Shown piece by piece: positions 48,521 to 59,191 of a stretch of 64,000 nt of DNA (position 1 is its first letter; each line of letters starts with the position of its first letter). The DNA lies in the NCBI GenBank assembly GCA_030390025.1, contig CM059432.1, forward strand, positions 53,818,001 through 53,882,000, in the 5' to 3' direction. The position numbers and the translations under genes were made by a program. This stretch comes from Squalus acanthias (lineage: Eukaryota). Below the pieces are notes generated by a model. The model made no database searches. It was not told where the DNA came from and saw nothing but the letters and a program-made list of their open reading frames with translations.

Positions 48521-49890
48521 AGTCAGTGGATAGCCCTTATCAGTCAGTAGCCACCCTTTTGTTTGCCGTGGTGGCTGAAATACAGCTGGCACAGCGGACT
48601 GGCGCAGAATGAAGGCATCATGACTGCTGCCAGGATACCGGGCATTGACCTGCATGATGCGCTGCCTATGGTCACACACCAGCTGCACAGTGAGAGAGCA
48701 TAAAAGTTCATCGTCACAGTCACCTTCAAAGCCACTGGCACTGCGGTCCTTGCCCTGCTCTGAGGTTGCAGTTGTGGCTGCAGCAGTTGGCAGATTTCAG
48801 TGATGACCTGCTTAGTGAAGTGCAGGCATCTCAAACATTGGTTGTCGCTGAGGTTCAGGTAGGAGAATTGCTCCCTGAACACCCTGTGAATATGGCCTCC
48901 TGCTGAGAGCCCTCCTCCTCCTCCTCCTCCTCCCTCTTCTAGCAGGTTGTCCTGCTCTGCGTGGCCTCCACTCATTCTCCCAGTCATGCTCTATTCCGAG
49001 AGGAAGGCCCACTAGTGCACCCACGTCTGGGAGCAATTGGTTTGTGCAGAAGCCTTGAAGTCAGCAAAAAGTACTTCAACATCTGCCTCACCACTCCCTG
49101 TACACTTTTGAAACTTGAAACAACTATGGAAAGCACCAAAAACGTGTAGAATTGTAGCAACAGCCAGAATAAATCAACAAGCAACTAACCTGTGAGTAGT
49201 TGACGATTCCTTTAAATAGCATTGGTGGGGGTTCCTTCCTGCTGTTGAACACGTGTTCAGCTATGCGAGGTTAAGAGAGGGCATCGGCTGGAGCGTGGAG
49301 CTCCGAAATGAAAGCGCTGGTGTCAAATCAGCATTGCACGCTGATTAACGCCTGCTCTGCATATTTCCGGCGGATGTTAAGAGCGCGCTCGCTAACCCCT
49401 TTACCAAGATGGTGTCCAGTGCACTTTGTGTCAGAAGTGCACGCGTGCACCACGGACGCCATTTTGGAAGCCTAACAGGACTTGATCTATACCTTTATCT
49501 TCAAAGCCCATTTTGGATGCGCTCTTAAAGCAGAACCAGTAATTAAAGCACAGAGCTCAGCACACCTCACAATTAATAGGTGGAAAATCCAATGGGGTGC
49601 ACTGACCCTTGTGTCTGAATTCTTGATAGCATGAGAAGCTCAGTGCCAGGAGTGTAAATTTGTAAAATTATCCCTATAACTTGCTATCTTTCAGGAGGTC
49701 TCCTACAGACTTCTTTTCACACTCTACCAATTGATGTGTACACCTCTCCTCCACTGCCACATTCCCTTTTGCAACCTCTGACTCAAAGTAAGCAGCACAC
49801 AGGCCATCTCTTAGTGTGTGTTTATAGCTCACATCTGTCATACTCCCAATGTTACACACCAAGTATTGCACACCAGACATCATATACTAA

Positions 49891-51106
49891 GGGCTGAATT
49901 TGAATCGAGAAGGTGGGTTGGGGGGGGTTGGGGGGGGGGAGAGAGGCTTTGAGGCGGTCAGGAAACCCGAGAGAATGGGTTTCCCGCAGGCCCTGCTGAC
50001 TTTAACGGCAGGGCCTGATTTGAATGGGAAGCCTCTGTTTCCCACCCGCAGCCAGCCAGACTGAGAGGCTGACTGACTCAGGGCGGGTATGCCTGTGGCA
50101 CGAGGCCGCACAGAGGTTGGTGGGAGGGATTGCGTGGGGGTCGTGCTGGGAGAAGATTGAGGGGTCAGGGGCCAGGAGAAAATTAGGGGGTGGGGGGTTG
50201 TCCGAAGTGGATCGAGGGCCGGGAGAAGATTTGGGGGGCCCAAAGAGACTCGCAGGCTGGAGGAGGATTGGGGGGGGGGGTTCCAAAGTGGATCAGAGGC
50301 TGGAGGAGCAGCATGGGGAGGGCCGGAGTGGGTGGGATTGGAGGCATGAGGATGGGAGGCCTCATGGAGGCATCGGAGGCCTGGGGGACGTGCGGGGCCA
50401 GGGGAGGCCTCGAGGAGGCATCGGCGGCCTCGGAGGGGTGGCCTCATAGAGGCATCAGAGGCCTGGGGGAGGAGGCCTCATGGAAGGATTGGAGGCCGGG
50501 GGGGAGAGTGTGGAGGCCTCATGGAGCGATTGGTGGCCTGGTGCGGGGGTGGTCTCCGAATGCAGGGGATGGGTTAGGCAGGGACCCTGGATCCAGGAGG
50601 TAGGTGTAAAGTCACTTACCTCCTGGATCTAGCAGTGCTCGCCTGGTGATTTTTACGAGGTGTGCAAAACCCGACCAACTACAGTTAAACATAAAATGGA
50701 GGTTAAAGAAGAGGCTTCCAGCCTCATTATAATATTTAAATAGATGTCCCACCTCCTGGCAGTGAGTTAGCTGCCCGCCCCCACCCGCTTCCAGTCCTGC
50801 CTCCTGTCCCGCCTCCTATCCCGCCTCCTGTCCCGCCTCCCGTCCCACCTCCTGTCCCGCCTCCTGTCCCGCCTCCCGTCCCGCCTCCCGTCCCGCCTCC
50901 TGTCCTCCCTCCTGTCCCACCTCCCGTCCCACTTCCGGTCCTGCCTCCCGCCCCGCCTCCTGTCCTGCCTCCCGCCCCGCCTCCTGTCCCGCCTCCCGTC
51001 CCGCCTACGTTAGAACCGGAAGTGGAGGCGGGTTCAGGTCGAGATTCCGATTTTTAACTACACACATGGCCCCAACCCACCGGTTTTTTAGGTTAAAATT
51101 CCCCCC
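49891..51106. mobile_element. GC-rich non-autonomous Harbinger-like TIR element
   Basis: GGGCTGAATTT / AAAATTCCCCCC; flanks TAA/TAG; homologous to 53151-54165 in the opposite orientation. Confidence 0.78.
50794..51006 (+). repeat. 12-bp minisatellite (GTCCCGCCTCCY)n, ~17 units
   Basis: Read directly from the sequence. Confidence 0.9.
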
Positions 51107-52699
51107 TAGATGTCACACTTTAACATGTTGCACCTTGCTATAGCTACAAATCAATCTGCCCTCTGATTGATTTCAACAGTTTAAAAAGAGCTACTATTAC
51201 CTGGACCTGCCTATTAAGTGTAATAGGTTAAAGGGACAAGCCAGGCTACAACGAAAGATCACAGCTGTGCCCCAGACAGCAGAATACCTGTGAGCAGTGC
51301 CACAGGAGATCTGCTGGTTTTTACATATATAAAAGCCTTGCATCTTGAATGCACCCATCACATACCAGTTGTCACACATCAGAAAATGACTTCGATACAG
51401 ATACAAGACAATCTTTAAAAAAGGAGAATAATGTCAGTCATGGACTTTGAGCTTGAAATTGACAAAGATATAATTGCTCTCTGATTGATTTTGCCATCTT
51501 ATAAGCAGCTTTAATGACTTGTATTTGCCTGTTTATAGCAGTGAGGGCTGAATTTCCAAGGAAGGCCAATGTGAGGCAGGGCATTACATCTTCCCATCCC
51601 CATGGGTACACCCCTGACCCTGCTGCCTGGATCAGGTTGGTGGGGGTGGGAGGGGGGCGGGTTGGGTGGTGAGATACTGGAATCAGGGCCCAGCTGTGGT
51701 CTATGTGGGCCGCCTGAAAGATTTAATGAAATAAATTTGCCCCGTTTGGTGAACAGGCTGCTTCCCATTCTGCAATCGACTGCAGTAGGAAAACCTTGGG
51801 CTTTTACATTTTAACCACCTTCAATGCCCTAACAATGCTGCATGCCAGGGTGCATAAGCATCCGCTGTGCACAGCATTGCTAAGGGCACAGATGCAGGAA
51901 TTACATTGGATGTCATCATTTCCGCTATTTGAATGGCAAATGAATAGCAGTTAAAGCTCAGTGATGCTGCGGACCCCAGACTAACGCTGAGCAATGCCAA
52001 GGGAGTTCTGCTAGTTTGCTAAAATAATACTGACCTTTTGGGTCTCACTTTAAAAAATTGCTTTAGTATAACCCAAGGTTATTTTCTAATGCTATGTTGG
52101 TCTGATTGGCTGATATGCCAATTAAAAAGTAGAACGTTAGAAAATGGAAGTGTGCTTTCCTTTTTGCCAGGCTGATAACATAGTTCAAAATATCTAATTT
52201 TGATTAATAATGAAAATATTGGTTTTGCCTGTCTTAGTGATTAATGCAGGCTATTTCTGATTATTTTTAAATAGTAAGTTTACGCTGAGATATGATGAAA
52301 CACAGGCTAATTTGATTGCAGGAAAATTGCTTTGTGTTTTTGCCCTGTCTACCTGAAAGGTGTAGGTTATAATTGTATTTACTTTATTTTTAACGGAGTG
52401 AATTAACCTAACGAAATGAAGTGCATCATAAACTTGTGGAATTTAGTTTTAAAAGTTGAAATCTGACTTCCCTGTGAAATGCGCTGTAGTGCATCATTTA
52501 TTTGTTAGGGAGCTTGATTAAAATTGTAATATAGAAGTGACTTGCTATTTCATCACTACACACCATGCCAATGATCAAAACGGAGCAAGAGGAAAGACAC
52601 TGCCCCAAGCAGAGTTTGCAGGAACACTGATAAATTTTCATTGGCACCATCTTCTACTCTCTACTGAAACATTTTACAGCTCTTTTTTTTTCTTGATTA

Positions 52700-53045
52700 T
52701 GTGTTCAAAATCATGAGGGGTCTAGATAGCAAGAAACTGTTCCCATTGGCAGAAGGGTCAAGAACTAGAGGTCACAGATTTAAGGTGATTGGCAAAAGAA
52801 CCAAAGGCGACATGAGGAAAAAAAAAATTACGCAGCGATTGGTTAGGATCTGGAATGCACTGCCTGAAAGGGTGGTGGAGGCAGACTCAATTGTAGCTTT
52901 CAAAATGGAGTTGGATAAGTACCTGAAGGAAAAAATTTGCAGGGCTACGGGGAAAGGGCGGGGGAGTGGGACTAGCTGAAGTGCTCTTGCAGAGAGCCGG
53001 CACGGGCTCGACGGGCCGAATAGCCTCCTTCTGTGCTGTAACTAT
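52700..53045 (+). mobile_element. CR1 3' end
   Basis: FKIMRGLD..LFPLAEGSRTRGHRFK..WNALPERVVEA. Confidence 0.9.
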
Positions 53046-53150
53046 GTGGTCCCTTTTTACCCCTCCCTCGTTCCCGTGCTCTGTTCCTTCTCATAACTTG
53101 TTCATCTGTAATGTGTTCCAGTTCCAATGAAGGGTTATACCTGAAACATT

Positions 53151-54165
53151 GGGGGAATTTTAACCCCAAAAAACGTGCGGGTTTGGGTTGGGTGGGATGT
53201 TAAAATATGAAGAATAATGAGGCTGCTGCCTCAAATTTAACCACCATTTTAAATTTAAACCTGGCCGGCCGAGTTTTCCGAGCCACAGGAAACCCAACGG
53301 CTAAAGGGAGGCGAGGACTGCTGGATCGAGGAGGTAAATGCCTTTCCACTTACCTGCTGGATCCAGGTAACCTGCTTCACCAACCCCCAGCGATCGGACA
53401 ACCCCAACCCTTCCGATCACCCCCCTACTCCAGCCTCCGATCTTGCCTCTGGCCTCCGATCTCCCACCCCTGCTCCGGATCTGATCCTTCCTCTGGCCTC
53501 CGATCTGCCTCTGGCCTCCGATCTCCCTCCGCCCCCACCCCGCTCCGGATCCGATATTTCCTCCGGCCTCCGGTCTGCCTTCTGGCCTCTAATCACCCCC
53601 CCCCCCTGCTCCAGCTTCCAATCTTGCCTCTGGCCTCTGATCACCCCCCCTGCTCCAGCTTCCAATCTTGCCTCTGGCCTCTGATCACCCCCCCTGCTCC
53701 AGCTTCCAATCTTGCCTCTGGCCTCTGATCACCCCCCCTGCTCCAGCTTCCAATCTTGCCTCTGGCCTCTGATCACCCCCCCTGCTCCAGCTTCCAATCT
53801 TGCCTCTGGCCTCCGATCTCCCCCCCTGCTCCGGATCCAATCTTTCCTCCGGCCTCCAGTCTGCCTTCTGGCCTCCGATCACCCCCCACCCTGCTCCGGA
53901 CCCCGATCTTGCCTATGACGTCCGATCTCCCCCATCCTCCTCCGGCCTTTCCAATCCATCCCGCCTCTCCCCTTCCCGGTTGCATCCTGATGCCGAAGGC
54001 CTATCCGCGCGACAGCCAACCAGCCTCTCAATCTGGCTGGCTGCGGCTGGGAAACGGAGATAAAAAATGCTAATCAGGTCCTGGAGTTAAATTCAGCAGG
54101 ATCTGCGGGAAACCCATTCTTCCGGGTTTCCCAAACTCAAAGCAGCCCCCCCCGCTCCCTTTCCC
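53151..54165. mobile_element. GC-rich TIR element (49891 family), right end lost
   Basis: GGGGGAATTTTAACC start; CAGCCTCTCAATCTGGCTGGCTGCG is close to the reverse complement of 50048-50072. Confidence 0.72.
53591..53820 (+). repeat. 44-bp minisatellite, ~5 near-perfect units
   Basis: GATC starts at 53639, 53683, 53727, 53771 and 53815; degenerate units extend to ~53410-53930. Confidence 0.92.
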
Positions 54166-54597
54166 TAATAGTTAACCAGTTTGGTTTTTAAATAATAATC
54201 TCATCAAGCAGATGGCAATTTGGTTTCCACTTTCTTAGTGGTTGATCCACACAGTTGATTCATAAAATTGTGTTTTCCTTTTAGTCATTACAGCAATACA
54301 TTTACATAGTGCCGTTAATGTTGAAAGGATCTGACAGTGCCTCACAGAAGAGAAAATGGATGCCAACCAGCAGTAAAAGAGTTAGTGAAGGTGAATAAAT
54401 ATATGTTGAAAAAGAAGCTTTTAAAAGCGAGGAAAGAACTAGCAAGGAATTAGGGAGGGAGTGCCGGAGAGCACCCTTTATGAAGCAACCTTAGTTCAAA
54501 GTCAATAATATTCAACAATCTAGCTAGAACACATAATCAGTGTTTTGCGTAATTTAATAATTAACAATTGGAATTTGAAGCAGGATTACAATTTATT

Positions 54598-54762
54598 GCC
54601 TGAAGTTTCCTTGGAGCTTCTCTGCTGGGAGGTTGTCATAACGCCCGGAGAAATGGCGCAAATGGCTTAAATCAGATATTTGCACCATTTCTCCAGGGTT
54701 TCCACTGATCTCCCAGCAAAGTTATTGCAGGAAATCGGGAGAACCACACAGAAATTCTGCCC
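54598..54762. mobile_element. Short fold-back MITE related to 19997-20168
   Basis: Shared CCGGAGAAATGGCG..CCATTT..CCAGGGTTTCCAC..AAGTTA..GGGAGAACC..CAGAAATTC. Confidence 0.65.
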
Positions 54763-56662
54763 TTGTATAATTTACAGTTGCCTCTTTAAGGATTACAAAA
54801 TGTCAACAAGAGGAAGAAGGCCTGTTGGTTTTAAAACCATTTTAACCTCTTTGCTAGTTACCAAGATATGGGAAGAAGAGGGGCAGGAAAAAGTAATATG
54901 TGGCAGGAAAAGAGGCTTAAAAAAGCATGACATTAGCCTCCTTTGAGCGGGTTGGTTGGCTGCCCCGGTCCCGCCTCCGTTAAAACCGGAAGTGGGCGGG
55001 TTGGGGTCGGGGTTCCTCTGGTGAGTACAGCCAGAGACAAGTCCACAGCACCATGGGTGGCTCAGCTGTACGGGGTGCGGGGGGGGGGGGAGGAAGAAGG
55101 TCAGAAAAGCACTCGTGATAGGAGATTCAATAGTTAGGGGAACAAACAGGCGTTTCTGCGGCCGCAGACGTGACTCCAGGATGGTATGTTGCTTCCCTGG
55201 TGCCAGGGTCAAGGATGTCACTGAGTGGCTGCAGGACATTCTGAGGTGGAGGGTGAACAGCCAGAGGTCGTGGTCCATATCGGTACCAGTGACAGAGGTA
55301 GAAAGAGGGATGAGGTCTTGCAGGCCGAGTTAGGGAGCGAAAGAAGAGATTAATAAGCAGGACCTCAAAGGTAGTAATCTCTGGATCTACGTGCTAGTGA
55401 GTACAGAAATAGAGGATCGAGCAGATGCATGCGTGGCTGGAGAGATGGTGCAGGAGTGAGGGCTTTAGATTCCTGAGGCGTTTGCCCAGTTCTGGGGAGG
55501 TGGGACCTGTAAAAGCCAGACGGGTTGCACCTCAACAGGGCTAGGAACAATATCCTCGTGGGGAGATTTGCTAGTGCTGTTGGGAGGGTTTAAACTAGCT
55601 TGATGGGAACCTGAGCGTAGATTTAGAAGGGAGAGAAGCAAATCTGGAAATGGAAGGCAATAAATTAGTAAGTGAGTTTTGAAAGCAGAGGAAACAAAGG
55701 CTAGAAAATAGACAACAAAGGGGTTTGGCTGTGCTTAATGCTATATACTTCAATGCAAGGCGTCTGGTGCATAAGGCAGATGAGCTGAGGGCACAGATAT
55801 ACATGTGGAAGTATGATATCATAGCTATTACTGAAATATGTTGCATACAAAGTTGCGAAGATTAGTGGTAAGCCAGAGGATTGGGGAATCTTTAGAAACC
55901 AGCAAAGGCCGACTAAAAAAATAATAAAGAGGGGGAAGATAGATTATGAGAGTAAACTAGCAAGAAATATAAAAACAGACAGTAAGAGCTTCGACAGGTA
56001 TATAAAAGGGAACAGAGTAGCTAAAGTAAACGTTGGTCCCATAGAGGATGAGACTGGGGAATTAATAATGGGAAACAGGGAAATGGCAGATACAATATTT
56101 TGTATTGGTCTTCATGGTAAAAGACACTAAAAGCATCCCAATAATAATAGATAATCAAGGGGCTATTGGGAGGGAGGAACTTAAAACAATCATTATCACT
56201 AGAGAAAAAGTACTAGGCAAACTAATGGGACCAAAGGTGGACAAGTCCCCTGGACCTGATGGCCTGCATCCTAGGGTCTTATAAGAAGTGGCTACAGAGA
56301 TAGTGGATGCATTGGTTGTAATCTACCAAAATTCCCTGGATTCTGGAGAGGTCCCAGCGGATTGGAAAACCGCAAATGTAACGCCCCTATTCAAGAAAGG
56401 AGGGAGACAGAAAGCAGGAAACTATAGACCAGTTTGCCTAATATCTGTCATTGGGAAAATGCTGGAGTCCATTATTAAGGAAGTAGTAGCAGGACATTTA
56501 GAAAATCATAATACAATCAAGCAGAGTCAGCATGGTTTTATGAAAGGGAAATCTTGTTTGACAAATTTGCTAGAGTTCTTTGAGGATGTAACGAGCAGGG
56601 TGGATAAAGGGGAACCAGTAGATGTAATGTAATTGGATTTCCAGAAGGCATTCGATAAGGTG

Positions 56663-57129
56663 AAAGAAAGACTTGCATTCATATAGCGCCTTTCACAATC
56701 ACCAGACATCTGAAAGCGCTTTACAGCCAATGAAGTACTTTTGAAGTGGCGTCACTGTTGTAATGTGGGAAACACAGCAGCCAATTTGCACACAGCAAGC
56801 TCCCACAAACAGCAATGTGATAATAACCAGATAATCTGTTCTAGTGATGTTGATTGAGGGATAAATATTTGGCCAGGACACCAGGAATAACTCCCCTCCT
56901 CTTCTTCGAAATAGTGCCATGGGATCTTTTACGCCAACCTGAGAGAGCAGACGGGGCCTCGCTTTAACGTCTCATCCGAAAGACGGCACCTCCGAAAGTA
57001 TAGCATTCCCTCAGCACTGCACTGGAGTGTCAGCCTAGATTTATGTGCTCAAGTCCCTGGAGTGGGACTTGAACCCACAACCTTCTGACTCAGAGGCAAG
57101 TGTGCTACCAACTGAGCCACAGCTGACAC
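56663..57129 (-). mobile_element. Deu-type SINE with L2-like tail
   Basis: Same family as 29907-30381; ATAAGGTG TSD at 56655-56662 and 57130-57137. Confidence 0.92.
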
Positions 57130-57612
57130 ATAAGGTGCCACATAAAATGTTACTGCACAAGATAAGAGCTCACGGGGTTGGGGGTAATAGATTAGCATGG
57201 ATAGAGGATTGGCTAACTAACAGAAAACAGAGAGTTGAGATAAATGGGTCATTTTCAGGTTGGCAAACTGTAACTAATGGGATGCTACAAGAATCAGTGC
57301 TGGGGCCTCAACTATTTACAATCTATATTAATGACTTGGATGAAGGGACCGAGTGTAATGTAGCCAAATTTGCTGATGATACAAAGATAGGTGGGAAAGC
57401 AAGTTGTGAGGAGAACACAAAGAATCTGCAAAGGGATATAGATAGGTTAAGTGAGTGGACAAAAATTTGGCAGATGGACTATAATATGGGAAAATGTGAG
57501 GTTATCCACTTTGGTAGGAAGAATAAAAAAGCAAATTATTATTTAAATGGAGAGAGATTACAAAATGCTGTGGTACAGAGGGATCTGGGGGTCCTTGCAC
57601 ATGAAACACAAA

Positions 57613-58375
57613 GGCCGAGAAATTCGATTCGGAGGCTTGCCGCGGGGGTAAGGATCGCGCTCGATATCACCTACCGCGTCTGCCGTTCTTGTTTGCCCCC
57701 GCAGGAACTTCGGGTCCTGGGCCTCTCCCTAGTGCCGGCGCGCAGTGCTTGCTTGTTCCAGGGGCGCAGTTAGTGCGATGCGACCCCTGGGATCATGTGG
57801 GCCATGGCGAGCCAATGGCAGCAGACCATCTTTCATTCATAGATTTGACAGGAGACCTGTCAAATCTGTGAATTGAAATCGGCCCCAAAAGAACAGCTAA
57901 ACCTCAAATAATTTTTTAAAAAAACCATCACATTTATAAAATAACTACAGTTAAATAAATTAACCACTTTAAACAAAAATTAAAATTTTTGAAAAAATTA
58001 AAATACTTTTTAAAAGTTATAAAAATAAACTTACCTTTCTTTAAAGTCTCTAAAAAAGATAAACCTGTTGAAAAAATTTAAAATTATACTTAATTAACTA
58101 CTTACCTTGTTCAAAACGGGTCTTACGCCTCCTTTTTACTAGCGTAGAATCTTCAATACTTACCCTCGCATTGAAACCTGAAAAAAAACCTAAGTGTGCT
58201 GCATGCGCGCAGCCTCTAGTGCGAACGCGGTTCACCTAGGAACCGCCCCCTTCGCCATACCGGAAGTGCCGGTTTCCCACGCATGCGCAGTGCATGCAGG
58301 AAACCGGCACTTCGGGAATGAATACGGGTGAGTACACAGTCCGTACTCACCCGAGAACGGCCGAATTTTTGGGCC
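57613..58375. mobile_element. ~763-bp structured TIR element (divergent sister of the 743-bp family)
   Basis: GGCCGAGAAATT / AATTTTTGGGCC; flanks AAA/ATA; the CR1 frame HETQ|KVSMQVQQ is contiguous across it. Confidence 0.88.
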
Positions 58376-59191
58376 ATAAGTTAGCATGCAGGTACAGCAA
58401 GTAATTAGGAAGGCAAATGGAATGTTGGCCTTTATTGCAAGGGGGATGGAGTATAAAAGTAGGGAAGTCTTGCTACAACTGTACAGAGCGCTGGTGAGAC
58501 CACATCTGGAGTACTGCATACAGTTTTGGTCTCCTTATTTAAGGAGAGATATACTTGCATTGGAGGCAGTTCAGAGACGGTTCACTAGGTTGATTCCTGA
58601 GATGAGATGGTTGTCTTATGAAGAAAGGTTGAGCAGGTTGGGCCTATACTCATTTGGAGTTTAAAAGAATGAGAGGTGATCTTATTGAAACATATAAGAT
58701 TCTGAGGGGGCTTGACAGGGTAGATGCAGAGAGGATGTTTCCACTCGTGGGGGAATCTAGAACTAGGGGGCATAGTTTCAGAATAAGGGGTTGCCCATTT
58801 AAAATGGAGATGAGGAGGAATTTCTTCTCTCAGAGGGTCGTGAATCTTTGGAATTCTCTTCCCCAGAGAGCTGTGGAGGCTGGGTCATTGAATATATTTA
58901 AGGTGGAGATCGACAGATTTTTGAACTATAGGGGTGTCAAGGATTATGGGGAGTGGGCAGCAAAGTGGAGTTGAGGCCAAGATCAAATCATCCATGATCT
59001 TATTGAGTGGCGGAACAGGCTCGAGGGGCCAAATGACCTACTCCTGCTCCTATTTCTTATGTTCTTATGTTCTTATGACTGAGAGAAGGGCAGGAATGAC
59101 AGCTCAACATTCCTGGTTACAGGGTTTTCAGACAAAGTAGAGAGGGTGATAAAAAAGGATGGTGGGTTGCAATATTGCTTAAAGAAGCAAT

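Larger units (their letters stand above)
41171..49475. mobile_element. Harbinger family B element (Myb + 41479-44903; transposase - ~45097-49036) with nested insertions
   Basis: TIR GCCCTAGAAATTGGATA; RTWIQCRKKFNDLTRQVK; transposase QVNARYPGSSHDAFIL, WLLTDKGYPL, IEQTIGVLKQRFRCL, LHN; right TIR not found. Confidence 0.82.
55841..59077 (+). mobile_element. Second CR1 (5'-truncated ORF2) nested in the first
   Basis: KSPGPDGLHP, NYRPV, FADD, HLEYCIQFWSP; (TTCTTATG)3 tail ending ~59077. Confidence 0.92.

Noticed and set aside
53591..53820. CRISPR-like array
   Set aside because: Tandem 44-bp units with no unique spacers; eukaryotic context.
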